Both the position numbers and the translations under genes were made by a program. The notes beneath the pieces were generated by a model. It was not told the DNA's origin and did not search any database. It was given only the letters and a program-made list of their open reading frames with translations. A DNA stretch of 64,000 nucleotides from the NCBI GenBank assembly GCA_963789955.1, contig CAWBMV010000006.1:128001-192000 (forward strand). Reading direction: 5' to 3'. Shown here in pieces: positions 8,470 to 18,331 of this stretch (within the stretch, counting starts at the first letter, position 1; every line of letters starts with the position of its first letter). Source of the DNA: an uncultured Candidatus Rokubacteria bacterium (GTDB taxonomy: Bacteria; Methylomirabilota; Methylomirabilia; Rokubacteriales; CSP1-6).

Positions 8470-10707
8470 TCATCCGGCTCGCCGGCCGGCCGCCGCCGCG
8501 GCCGAGCTCAGCAGGCGTGCGATCTCGACGCGGTCGGCGGCGTTGGTCGTCGGGGTGGAAGCCAGGCGCGCGGCGTCCCGGTAGTAGCGCTCGACCGAGA
8601 ATTCGCTCGTGTAGCCGTACCCGCCGTGGACTCGCATGGAGTCGAGCGTGACCTCGTACGCGATTTCCGACGCGTACACCTTCGCGATGAGGCGGCTCGT
8701 GTCGTCGGCGTCGGGCTCGGCGGCGGCGTACGTGAGCAGGCGCGCCGCCGTGATCCTGGTCGCCATGCCGGCGAGCGCCAGCTGGATCGCCTGGTGCTGG
8801 GCGATCGGCTTCCCGAAGGTCGTTCGCTGCTGGGAATAGCGAAGCGCGGCCTCGAACGCGGCCTGCGCCAGCCCGACACCGATCGCCGCGACACAGAGTC
8901 GGGCGAGCGCCAGGACGGCCGCGCCCGTTCGATCATCGCGCGCGGCGGCAGCGCCGAAGCGATTCCGTGAGGGAACGCGGCACGCCTCAAACCCGATGCG
9001 ACACACGTCGAGGCCTCGCAGCCCGAGCGTCGCGGCCGGCGCGCCGACCCGGACGCCGCGCATGTCGGGGCCCACGACGAGCCACACGGCGCCGTCAGGC
9101 GAGGTCGCCTCCACCAGCACCAGGCCCGCGTGAGCCGCATGGTCGATCGGCGCCGTCTCGCCATCCAGAATCCAGTCTTCGCCGGCGCGCGTGGCATGAA
9201 TGCCGCTCGCGATCGCCACGGCGCCGAGGGTTTCACCGCATGTCATCGCCGGCAGAAGGCGCTCGCGCTGCTCGCCGGTCCCCACGCTCTCGATCGCGCG
9301 CGTGACGACGAAGTGCGCGAGCGCAATCGCGGAGAGAGTGGCCGAGCCTCGCGCGAGCTCCTCGACGATCATCGCGGTCGTCCGGAGATCGAGCCCGAGG
9401 CCTCCGTACCTGGGGTCGACGAGCGCGCCGAGGATTCCGAGCTCGCCGAGTCCGGTCACCAGACCGGCGGGATGGGCATGGGCGACGTCGAGGTCCTGGG
9501 CCGCGGGGATGACCTGCTTGTCGACGAGCTGCCGTACCGCGAAGACCATCTGCCGGATCTCCTCGGACTCTCCCTCGCGCGAGGTGAGCGCACCGAGGCG
9601 CTCGCCGTACCGCTCGAGCAGGCTCCGCGCAATGATGGTCCGCTGGATCTCGTTCGTGCCCTCGCCGATGATCATCAGCGGCGTGTCGCGGTAGTACCGC
9701 TCGACGTTCAGCGCGGCGAGGGCGCCGGCGGCGCCGTGCAGACGGAGCGCCTCGACGGCAACCTCCTGAGCCGACTCGGAGGCGAAGAGCTTCGCCATTC
9801 CCGCCTCGAGGTCGCAGCGCTCGCCGCGGTCCTTCATCGCGGCCGCCCACGAGGTGAGCAGGCGCGCCGCCCTGAGCTTCGCCGCCATGTCGGCGAGGGC
9901 GGGCGGAGCCTCGGCGCCAGCGCCGCCCAGATGGGCGAGCGTATCGTCGTAGGCCGCCTGCGCGACGCCGACGGCGCGCGCCGCGATGTTGATCCGGCCG
10001 GCCTCGAGCCCGCCCATCACGTGCTTGAAGCCGCGCCCCTCGACGCCGCCCACCAGGTTCGCGGCCGGCACCACGCACTCGTCGAAGACCAGCTCCGCGG
10101 TGTCGACGCCCTTGTAACCGAGCTTCGCGATCGACTTCACCACCCGGAAGCCCGGATAGCCCTTCTCGACGATGAAGCACGACATCCCGCGGTGCCGCGG
10201 CTCGGCCTTGGGATCGGTCAGCGCCAGCAGCGCGAGGGTGTTGCCCTCGCGCGCATTCGTGATGAAGAGCTTCGTGCCGGTGATGAGGTAGTCGTCCCCA
10301 CGGCGCACGGCGACGGTGCGAATCGCCTGCACGTCCGTGCCGGCATGCGGCTCGGTCAGCGCGAGGCCGCCCCGGGCCTGGCCGCGCGCGAAGCGGGGGA
10401 GGAAGCGCTCGCGCTGCGCGTCGGTCCCATGGTTCAGCACGATCAGCGCGGCCATCGTGTGGCTGTTGATCACACCCGCCAGGGACATCCAGCCTCGGCA
10501 CAGCTCCTCGATCACGCGCGCGTACGTCGTCACGTCGAGCCCGAGGCCACCGTACGCGGCCGGCACCAGCGAGCCGAACAGGCCGAGCTCACGCATCCGG
10601 GCGACCAGGTCGTGGGGATAGGCGTCGGCGTGCTCGAGCGCGGCGGCGGCGGGACGGACCTCGGAATCGACGAATTCGCGCACCGCGCTGACCACGGGGT
10701 GGTCCAT
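8470..10707 (-). CDS. Double-length acyl-CoA dehydrogenase (two ACAD units fused)
   Basis: Unit 1: ALTEPHAGTD, GTKLFITN, ERYYRD...IGEGTNEIQR. Unit 2: YSQQRTTFGKPIAQHQAIQ, HGGYGY...VERYYRD. Confidence 0.88.
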   Translation of the reverse strand: MDHPVVSAVREFVDSEVRPAAAALEHADAYPHDLVARMRELGLFGSLVPAAYGGLGLDVTTYARVIEELCRGWMSLAGVINSHTMAALIVLNHGTDAQRERFLPRFARGQARGGLALTEPHAGTDVQAIRTVAVRRGDDYLITGTKLFITNAREGNTLALLALTDPKAEPRHRGMSCFIVEKGYPGFRVVKSIAKLGYKGVDTAELVFDECVVPAANLVGGVEGRGFKHVMGGLEAGRINIAARAVGVAQAAYDDTLAHLGGAGAEAPPALADMAAKLRAARLLTSWAAAMKDRGERCDLEAGMAKLFASESAQEVAVEALRLHGAAGALAALNVERYYRDTPLMIIGEGTNEIQRTIIARSLLERYGERLGALTSREGESEEIRQMVFAVRQLVDKQVIPAAQDLDVAHAHPAGLVTGLGELGILGALVDPRYGGLGLDLRTTAMIVEELARGSATLSAIALAHFVVTRAIESVGTGEQRERLLPAMTCGETLGAVAIASGIHATRAGEDWILDGETAPIDHAAHAGLVLVEATSPDGAVWLVVGPDMRGVRVGAPAATLGLRGLDVCRIGFEACRVPSRNRFGAAAARDDRTGAAVLALARLCVAAIGVGLAQAAFEAALRYSQQRTTFGKPIAQHQAIQLALAGMATRITAARLLTYAAAEPDADDTSRLIAKVYASEIAYEVTLDSMRVHGGYGYTSEFSVERYYRDAARLASTPTTNAADRVEIARLLSSAAAAAGRRAG

Positions 10708-10735
10708 GGGCGAACAGATACTACAATATGGGTGC

Positions 10736-12367
10736 ATGCCGTTCGACGACCTCGTCCTTGGTCTGCAGCGCGCGCTCGATCGCCTGGTTCGCCGGCTCCG
10801 GCTCGGACCGCCACCGTCGCCGGGCCAGCGGCGGCTGCTGATCGTGCAGATCGACGGGCTCTCGCGCGCCGTCCTGCAGGAGGCAATCGCCCGGGGACGC
10901 GCGCCGTTCCTGGCGCGACTGCTGCGGCGGCGGGGCTATCTCGTGGCGCCGATGTGCGTCGGGCTCCCGACCTCGACGCCGGCGTTCCAGCTGGCCGCGA
11001 TGTACGGCGTTCGCCCGGACATTCCGGGGTTCCACTACCACGATAAGCGCAGGAAGACCGACGTCTACTTTCCGCGAGGCGGTGACGCAGCCCACGTCGA
11101 GCGAACCCAGGCGGCAGGCCGCCGCGGGATCGTGAGCGGCGGCGGGACCTACGGATGCGTCTTCACGGGCGGCGCCGCCAGCAATCTGATGACCTTCGCG
11201 ATGATGAAGCGCCCGACCGGCGGGGGGCTCATCCGTGCCGCCTCCAATCTGGTCGTGAACGCCTGGGTTCTCGTGAAAGGGACGATCGCCTCGACGGTCG
11301 AGGTCGTCCGCGTCTTGCTGCGGACGATCGCCGATCCCGTATCCGCAGCGTCGGGCAACTGGAAATGGCTGGCGATCAAGCTCGGAATCTCGGTGTGGCT
11401 GCGCGAGCTCTTCACCCTGGCGGCCGCCCGCGACATTTACGCCGGCGTCCCGGCGATCTACGTCAACTATCTCGACTACGACGTGGCCGGCCACGCCTGG
11501 GGCCCGCGACATCGCCGCGCCCTCCGGGCTCTGCACCGCGTCGATGCCTCAATCCTTCGGCTCTGGCGGGTACTGAGGCGGGTGCCGGAGTATCGCTACG
11601 ACCTCTACGTGCTGTCCGATCACGGCCAGGCCGCGAGCGTGCCCTATCTCAAGGTGACCGGCGGCCGGCCGATCGAGCAGTCGCTCTTCGAGGATTTCTT
11701 CGATCCCGAGGGCGCCCGCGTGGTGTCCACGCCGGAGCGCAAGCACGGCGGTCTCGCCACCGGCATCGAGGCGCTCCGGGCGCAGCGAGCCCCCGGGTTC
11801 TTCCAGCGGTTCGTGAACTACCTCGAGCAGGACTTCCCCTGGGTGCTCGGAGGCACGCGCTCCGTTCGTGAGCGCGGCGGCATCCGGGTGATCGCCGCCG
11901 GTCCGAACGCCTTCGTCTACTTTCTTGAGACGGCGGAGCCGTTGACCCTGGAGCGCATCGAGGAGCGCTACCCCGCGCTGGCCGCGCGCATCTCGGCCTC
12001 GCCCGGTATCGGGATCGTCCTGGTGCGGTCGGCGGACGGCCCGCTCTGTTTCTGGCGCGGCGCGCGCTACGGCCTCGACGCGCTCGCCACCGGGCCCTTT
12101 GCCAAGCGGCCCGACCTCGAGCGGGTCGTCGAGGGGATCCGCGACTTGATGGCGATGCCCTCGGCGGGCGACCTGGTGATCTATGGAATCGACGCGCCAC
12201 AGGGTAATGTGTCGTTTGTGGCTGAAGTGGGGGCGCATGCCGGTCCGTCGACCGACGAGATGCAGACGTTCCTGATCCATTCGCGCGGCGTGACGGTGCC
12301 GACACCGATCACGCATCCGGTCCAGCTCTACTCGCACTTCGCGCGGTATCAGGTGGACGCGGCGTGA
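10736..12367 (+). CDS. Alkaline phosphatase superfamily / type I phosphodiesterase
   Basis: IVQIDGLS, PTSTPAFQ, YLDYDVAGH, VLSDHGQ, GAHAG. Confidence 0.85.
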   Translation: MPFDDLVLGLQRALDRLVRRLRLGPPPSPGQRRLLIVQIDGLSRAVLQEAIARGRAPFLARLLRRRGYLVAPMCVGLPTSTPAFQLAAMYGVRPDIPGFHYHDKRRKTDVYFPRGGDAAHVERTQAAGRRGIVSGGGTYGCVFTGGAASNLMTFAMMKRPTGGGLIRAASNLVVNAWVLVKGTIASTVEVVRVLLRTIADPVSAASGNWKWLAIKLGISVWLRELFTLAAARDIYAGVPAIYVNYLDYDVAGHAWGPRHRRALRALHRVDASILRLWRVLRRVPEYRYDLYVLSDHGQAASVPYLKVTGGRPIEQSLFEDFFDPEGARVVSTPERKHGGLATGIEALRAQRAPGFFQRFVNYLEQDFPWVLGGTRSVRERGGIRVIAAGPNAFVYFLETAEPLTLERIEERYPALAARISASPGIGIVLVRSADGPLCFWRGARYGLDALATGPFAKRPDLERVVEGIRDLMAMPSAGDLVIYGIDAPQGNVSFVAEVGAHAGPSTDEMQTFLIHSRGVTVPTPITHPVQLYSHFARYQVDAA

Positions 12368-13128
12368 GGCATCTCACGGTCGTGAGCTACAACATCCACC
12401 GCGGCGTCGGGCTCGACCGCCGCCGTGACCTCGATCGAATCGCCGACGTCATCGGCGAGGTCGGTCCCGACGTCGTCGGGCTCCAGGAAGTGATTCGCGA
12501 GGGGGGCGGCCTTCCGGAGGCCGACCAGGCCGCCTACCTGGCGGCGCGGCTCGAGATGACCGAGCTCATCATGGGCGAGACCCGCGTGCACGGCGCCGGA
12601 ACGTACGGCAACGTCGTACTCAGCCGCCTGCCGGTCCTCGGCTCCGGACGCTGCGATCTGAGCTACAGCATGCGCGAGCCGCGAGGCTGCGTGCGCGTCG
12701 ACTTCGACGTCGACGGCATGCCGCTGCACGTGTTCAACTGCCACTTCGGTCTGGCGCTGCGGGAGCGCCGCGAGCAACTCGGGCTGCTCGGTGCCTTCAT
12801 CCGCGCGTCCGGACGTCTGGCCGGCCCGCGCGTACTCCTGGGCGACTTCAACGAGTGGCATCGCGGGCCGGTGACGCGCGGGCTGCGGCGCGAGTTCTCG
12901 TCACCGATGCGACGCCGGCGCACTCACCCGGCGATGTTCCCGCTCTTTGCGCTGGACCGGATCTACTGGGACGCCGAGCTGGAGGGCGAGGAGTTCAGCG
13001 TGCACCGGAGCCGGCTGGCCCGTGTGGCTTCGGACCATCTCCCGGTGGTCGCACGGCTGCGCGTGCGCCATCGGCCGCCGCGTCCGTCTCCGTACGTCGT
13101 CGGCGACGCGCTTCCGCCGCCGGAGTAG
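12364..13128 (+). CDS. Endonuclease/exonuclease/phosphatase family protein
   Basis: SYNIH, GLQEV, GDFNEW, LDRIY, ASDHLP. Confidence 0.9.
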   Translation: MRHLTVVSYNIHRGVGLDRRRDLDRIADVIGEVGPDVVGLQEVIREGGGLPEADQAAYLAARLEMTELIMGETRVHGAGTYGNVVLSRLPVLGSGRCDLSYSMREPRGCVRVDFDVDGMPLHVFNCHFGLALRERREQLGLLGAFIRASGRLAGPRVLLGDFNEWHRGPVTRGLRREFSSPMRRRRTHPAMFPLFALDRIYWDAELEGEEFSVHRSRLARVASDHLPVVARLRVRHRPPRPSPYVVGDALPPPE

Positions 13129-13147
13129 GCTTACCGCGTCGCGGCGC

Positions 13148-14371
13148 TCAGTCCCGGCCGGCCAGGTCGAGGGCCGCGAGCAAGAGGGTGCGGGCGCCGT
13201 ACTCGATGTCGTCGATCGGCGTGAACTCCTCCTCGCAGTGACTGCGGCCGTCGTGCGACGGCACGAAGACCATCCCGGTCGGTCCGATCGCCGCCATGTA
13301 CTGCGCGTCATGACCGGCGCCCGAGAGGATCCGGCGATATCGCGCGCCGGAGGCTCGCGCCGCGCGCTCGACCGTGTCGACGACCTCGCGAGCGAACGGT
13401 GTGTAGGGCACCCGCCAGTAGTTCTCGAGCTCGTAGCGCACGCCCTCGCGCCCACACGCCGCGCGCACGATCGGCTCGAGCCGCGCCTGCGCCTCGTCGA
13501 GCGTCGCGTCCTTCGGGTCGCGCATATCGATCGAGAGCGTCACCTTGCCCGGGATCGCATTGACGATGTTCGGTGTCACCACGAGATGGCCGATCGTCGT
13601 CACCAGCTCACCGCCGATCTCGCGCGCAATCTTGCGAACTCCCGAGATCACCTCGGCGGCGGCCACCAGGGCGTCGTGGCGGATCCGCATCGGCGTCGGG
13701 CCGGCATGGTCCTGCACCCCGTGGATCGTCAGACGGGACCAGCCGATCGCCACGATGCCTTCGACGACCCCGACCGAGAGCTTTTCTTCCTCGAGGAACG
13801 GGCCCTGCTCGATGTGGAGCTCGAGGTACGCGCGGATCGGCCTCGGTATGCAGGGCTCGGATCCCAGATAGCCGATCCGCTCGAGCTCGTCGACCAGCCG
13901 GATCCCGTCCTCGTCCTTGGCGTTGTAGGCGTCTTCGAGGGCGATCTTGCCGGCCATGACACCGCTGGCGATCATCGCCGGCTGAAAGCGGGCCCCTTCC
14001 TCGTTGGTGAAGATCGCCAGGGTCACGGGATGGCGCGTGCGGATCTTCAGGTCGTTGAGCGTCCGGATGACTTCGAGGCCGCAGAGGACGCCGAGCTGGC
14101 CGTCGTAGCGACCGCCCGTCGGCACCGAATCCACGTGGGAGCCCATCATCACCGGCGGGAGCGTCGCCGTCCCCGGACGCTGACCGAAGATGTTTCCCAT
14201 CTGGTCGACGGCGACCGAGAGGCCGGCCTCGCGCATGCGCGTGACCATCCAGTCGCGGCCGCGCTTGTCGTCGTCAGTGAGCGCCAGGCGGGTGAGCCCG
14301 CCGCGCGGGGTCTGACCGATCCGGCCGAGCTCCTCGATCGACTGCTCGAGACGCCGCCTGTCGACATTCAT
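13148..14371 (-). CDS. M20 Zn-dependent amidohydrolase (allantoate / N-carbamoyl-amino acid hydrolase family)
   Basis: GSHVDSVPTGGRYDG, NEEGARF, ELHIEQG, SGAGHDA, SHCEEE. Confidence 0.92.
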   Translation of the reverse strand: MNVDRRRLEQSIEELGRIGQTPRGGLTRLALTDDDKRGRDWMVTRMREAGLSVAVDQMGNIFGQRPGTATLPPVMMGSHVDSVPTGGRYDGQLGVLCGLEVIRTLNDLKIRTRHPVTLAIFTNEEGARFQPAMIASGVMAGKIALEDAYNAKDEDGIRLVDELERIGYLGSEPCIPRPIRAYLELHIEQGPFLEEEKLSVGVVEGIVAIGWSRLTIHGVQDHAGPTPMRIRHDALVAAAEVISGVRKIAREIGGELVTTIGHLVVTPNIVNAIPGKVTLSIDMRDPKDATLDEAQARLEPIVRAACGREGVRYELENYWRVPYTPFAREVVDTVERAARASGARYRRILSGAGHDAQYMAAIGPTGMVFVPSHDGRSHCEEEFTPIDDIEYGARTLLLAALDLAGRD

Positions 14372-14535
14372 CTTCTTCCTCCGGACACGCAGAAGACGGG
14401 GACGCGTCGCCAGCACGCGCGCGACCTCCAGGCGCTTGCGGAGCCCAATGAGCAACGTGCGCGCCTGTCCCCTGGGGGCCCCTGCCGGCTGTCCGCCATT
14501 GTCGCGCCCAGAATAGCTGGTTTAGACTCGGAGGC

Positions 14536-15072
14536 GTGAGCGACAACCCCGTCCTGTCACCCGCGACGATCAGCTTCTGCCCCCTCTGCGGCGCCGCCCT
14601 CGCGGTCGAGTCGGTGCCGCCCGACCACCGTGAGCAGAAAGTCTGCTCGCGCTGCCGGTTCGTCTTCTACCTGAACCCGAAGGTCGTGGCCGCGACCATT
14701 CCCGAGCAGGACGGCGCCATCCTCCTCACGCGGCGCTCGATCAACCCGGGGAGCGGGCTGTGGACGTTTCCGGGCGGGTTCGTGGACTTCGGCGAGACCG
14801 TGACCGACGGCGCCATGCGCGAGACGTTCGAGGAGACCGGCCTGAAGGTCGACCTGACCGGGCTGCTCAACGTGTACACCTATCCGGCGGCTCCGGTGAT
14901 CATCGTCTACAAGGCGCGCGTGATCGGCGGCACCCTGACGACGTGCGACGAGAACGACGCGCTCGAGTGGGTCACGCCCGAGCGGATTCCGTGGGATGTG
15001 CTGGCATTCCAGTCGACGCGCGAGGCCCTGCGCGACTGGGTCGCGGCGAAGGGACTGATGCCGGGCGGCTAG
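14536..15072 (+). CDS. NUDIX hydrolase with N-terminal zinc ribbon
   Basis: FCPLCG...CSRC; PGGFVDFGETVTDGAMRETFEETGL Nudix box. Confidence 0.9.
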   Translation: MSDNPVLSPATISFCPLCGAALAVESVPPDHREQKVCSRCRFVFYLNPKVVAATIPEQDGAILLTRRSINPGSGLWTFPGGFVDFGETVTDGAMRETFEETGLKVDLTGLLNVYTYPAAPVIIVYKARVIGGTLTTCDENDALEWVTPERIPWDVLAFQSTREALRDWVAAKGLMPGG

Positions 15073-15503
15073 GCGCGGGACGGCAGGGCGACGGTCGCTC
15101 GGCCGGTGACGACCTTCTCGGCGCGCTGGTTCTCCGCCCACACCTCGAGCTCGACCAGGTGCACGTCGTCCTTCGACGACTTGCCGACGACACGCCCGCG
15201 GCAGGTCACGACGTCCTTCAGCCTGACGAGCGCGGCGAACCTGACGCCCAGCTTCCTGACGGTGCCGGCGCCCGACCAGTCCGTCACGGCCTGGCCGACG
15301 AATCCCATCGAGAGCATCCCGTGGGCGAAGACGCCGCCCATGCCGGCGGCGCGGGCGAACTCGTCGTCCTGATGGATGGGGTTGAAATCGCCGGACGCGC
15401 CCGCGTAGCGCGTGAGCTGGATCTGCTGGATCGGACCCTTGACGAGCGGCGGCAGCTCGTCGCCCACCTTGATGTCGTCGAAGTAGACCTTCGCGTACTT
15501 CAT
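15069..15503 (-). CDS. MaoC-like dehydratase (HadB-like)
   Basis: YAGASGDFNPIHQD...AHGML. Confidence 0.88.
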   Translation of the reverse strand: MKYAKVYFDDIKVGDELPPLVKGPIQQIQLTRYAGASGDFNPIHQDDEFARAAGMGGVFAHGMLSMGFVGQAVTDWSGAGTVRKLGVRFAALVRLKDVVTCRGRVVGKSSKDDVHLVELEVWAENQRAEKVVTGRATVALPSRA

Positions 15504-15957
15504 AGCCTCACGACCGTCACGCCGCGCATGGTGGCGACGATCTCGTTCGAGCCGTCGGCGATGCGTCGTCTCGCGGACCACGAACGCCATCGGGCCGCTC
15601 CGCCCGGTCTTCTCGTAGATGTCGACGATCTTCGCCCGGCAGAGATAGGTCTGGCCGGGCTGCAGCGGACGGAAGATCTCGAACTCCTGCTCGCCGTGCA
15701 GGATGCGCGAGATGTCCGTGCCGAGCTCGCGCAGGAACGCGGCGGTGTCGGCCGCCTCGTCGCGGAACGTCACCGAGAACGTCGGCGGCGCGATCAGGTC
15801 GCCCCACTCGGAGGCGGCGCCGACGCGATCGTCGAGATAGAGCGGGTTCGTCGTCGCCGAGCGCGCGCGCGAACTCCTTGATCTTCCCGCGCTCGACCGT
15901 CACCGCGTAGGGCGGGTACTCCTTGCCGATCAGCGACGTGTTGATCTGGATCGTCAC
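15500..15957 (-). CDS. MaoC_dehydrat_N / HadA-like hot-dog protein (frameshifted in assembly)
   Basis: VERGKIKEFARALGD / IAPPTF / ILHGEQEFEIFRPL across frames; ATGA overlap with the next gene. Confidence 0.8.
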
Positions 15958-16352
15958 GATCCCGCGCCCTTCTTCATCGCCCGCGAGAGGAACTTCTCCA
16001 TGTCGGGCACGACGAAGCGCTCGTGCCGCCCTTCGGCGATCTTTTCCTTCTCGTCCCACGCCTCGACCGAGAACAGAAAGCGCTTGCCGTCCGACTCCAG
16101 GAGCGTCGCCTTCGCGCGCACCTTCATGCCGACCGGTGTCGCCGCCAGATGCTTCATCTCGACCATGGTGCCGACCGATCCGCCGCCGGGCGGCAGGTGA
16201 GGCCGGAGCACCGCGCCGGCGGCGTCTTCCAGCATGCCGATGACGAACGGCGTCGCGAAGACGTGCACGCCGCGGTTGCCCATCGCGTGGGCCGTCTTGT
16301 CGTCGCCGACCGTCCCGCTCACTTCCGCCGTGGTGCCGCGCTCGATGTTCAC
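15954..16352 (-). CDS. FlK-like thioesterase
   Basis: VFATPFVIGMLEDAA...SVGTMVEMKHLAATPVG...GRHERFVV. Confidence 0.85.
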   Translation of the reverse strand: MNIERGTTAEVSGTVGDDKTAHAMGNRGVHVFATPFVIGMLEDAAGAVLRPHLPPGGGSVGTMVEMKHLAATPVGMKVRAKATLLESDGKRFLFSVEAWDEKEKIAEGRHERFVVPDMEKFLSRAMKKGAGS

Positions 16353-16363
16353 GGAGTCCGGTT

Positions 16364-17096
16364 TTACCGCGGAAAGAGAAGGGAGTGCAAGCCCATCACG
16401 ACCAGCAGCACCTCGATGATGGCCAGGAAGACGCGGTCGCTCATGCGGTCGAGCAGACGGCGCCCGAACCAGGAGCCCGCGAACATCGTCGCGCCGAGCA
16501 GGGCGCCCACCGCGACGGTCTCCCAGGTCAAGAGCGCGTAGCGCGCGAGCGCGGCGCCGCGCGACAGGTGCATGACCATGGCGCAGACGGCTTCGGTCCC
16601 GACGTATGCGCCGCGCCGAAGGCCGTAGGCGAGGAAGAACGGCGTGTTCAGCGGGCCGGTCGTGACCACGAGCCCCGAGATGAGCCCGACCGCCGCGCCG
16701 AGCGCCGGGAAGTAGCGCAGGCGCATCCTGAAGAAGTCCATCGCGAGAACGCGGCGCAGCGGGACCGACGCGATCAGGAAGAGGCCGACGAACCGTCCGA
16801 GCCACTCCGCCGGCGCGCCGACGTAGAGCGCGGTGCCCAGCGCGGTCGCCGGCACCGCGCCGAGCGCGAATCGCAGAACGACCGCTCGGTCCACCTCGCC
16901 GCGGCTCCACCAGATCCGCGCGAGATTGCCGATCGCCATCGTGATCGTCAGCACGGGCACCGCCGCGCGCAGGCCGAGCACCCACGCGACGAGCGGCAGC
17001 ATGATGATCCCGGTACCGAATCCGGCGACGCCGCCGATCAGGGAGCCCACGAGCGCGCCGACGACGAGGACTGACCCAACCGATCGGATCGGGCAT
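16364..17096 (-). CDS. TauE/SafE sulfite exporter family (one frameshift near 17070)
   Basis: GSLIGGVAGFGTGIIMLP and multiple TM helices; TATGAT -10 box 8 nt before ATG 17096. Confidence 0.85.
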
Positions 17097-17116
17097 GTCG
17101 TGTCATCATACGCGGA

Positions 17117-18272
17117 ATGTCCCGATGGCTCGCCGCGGCGGGCGCGCTCGTCGTCTCGCTCGACTCCATGATGAACATCGCGTTCCCCGCGATCGCCGCG
17201 GCGTTCGCGGTTCCGCCCGAGCGCGTGCGGTGGGTGATCATCTGCTACGTGCTGACCTACGCGATCACCGCGTTCGCCGGGGGCGCCGCCGCGGATCAGC
17301 TCGGGCACGTCGCGGTGTTCCGTGCCGGCGTCGCGCTGAGCGTGGTCGCGTTCGTGATGGGCGGCGCGGCGCCGAGCTTCAACTGGCTCCTCATCGCGCG
17401 CGTCGTCCAGGGCTTCGCGGGGGGGCTGATCTACGGCACCGCGCCCGCGCTGAGCACGCTCGGAGCGCCGGCCACGATGCGCGGGCGGCGGCTCGGCTTC
17501 TTGAGCGCGGCCATGGGGCTCGGCTTGCTGGGCTCGCTGCCGGCCGGCGCGCTGGTCGAATCCTTCGGCTGGCGCGCCGTGTATCACGTCCGTGTCCCCG
17601 CTCGCGCTCGCGGTGCTCGCCTGGGCGCTGGTCACTCGAGCCGGGACCGTCGAGCCCCAGCGCAAGCCCGTCGCCTTCGGTGACCTGACGCGCGGGCCCG
17701 TGCTGCGCGCGGGCGCCCTGTCCTTCGTCGCCCGCGGCGCGATCTTCGCGATCTGGCTGCTGGTGCCGTTCTACCTGGTCGAGGCGCGCGGGCTCGGCGC
17801 CTTCGTCGGCGGCTTCTTCTTCATGCTCACGCCGCTCGGCACGACGGTGGCGGCTCCGCTGGCCGGTCGACTCGCCGATCGGGTCGGCCCTTCGGCGCCG
17901 GCCGTCGCCGGGCTGGCGCTCGAGGCCCTCGGCCTCGCCGCGCTCGGCTTCGTCGGCGGCTCGACTCCGCTCGCCGTCGTCGCGCTCGCGCTGTTCGTCG
18001 CCGGCTTCGGTCTGGGCTTCTTCGAGGTGCCGAACATGACGACGATCATGACGGCGTTCCCGTCCGGCCAGCAGGGAGCCGCCGGCGGCCTCTCGTTCCT
18101 GGCGCGCACCCTCGGCGTCGTCACCGGCGTCGCGGTGACCGGGCAGATCGTCGCCGCCCGCACCGCGGCGGTCGGCTTCCTCGGCGCGTTCGCCGAGTCG
18201 CTCCTGGTGGCCGCGGTCGCGGTCGCCGTCGCGTCGGTCTTCGCGCTCGCCGGCGCGCGCGCTCGGCGCTGA
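17117..18272 (+). CDS. MFS transporter (frameshift near 17595)
   Basis: Two halves, 17117-17595 and 17592-18272; LLIARVVQGFAGG and AGRLADRVG motifs. Confidence 0.85.
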
Positions 18273-18331
18273 GCCCGGCGCGGCGCTATACTGCTGGCCA
18301 TGAAGGTTCTGTGAGGGGGAGGGAGGCACCG

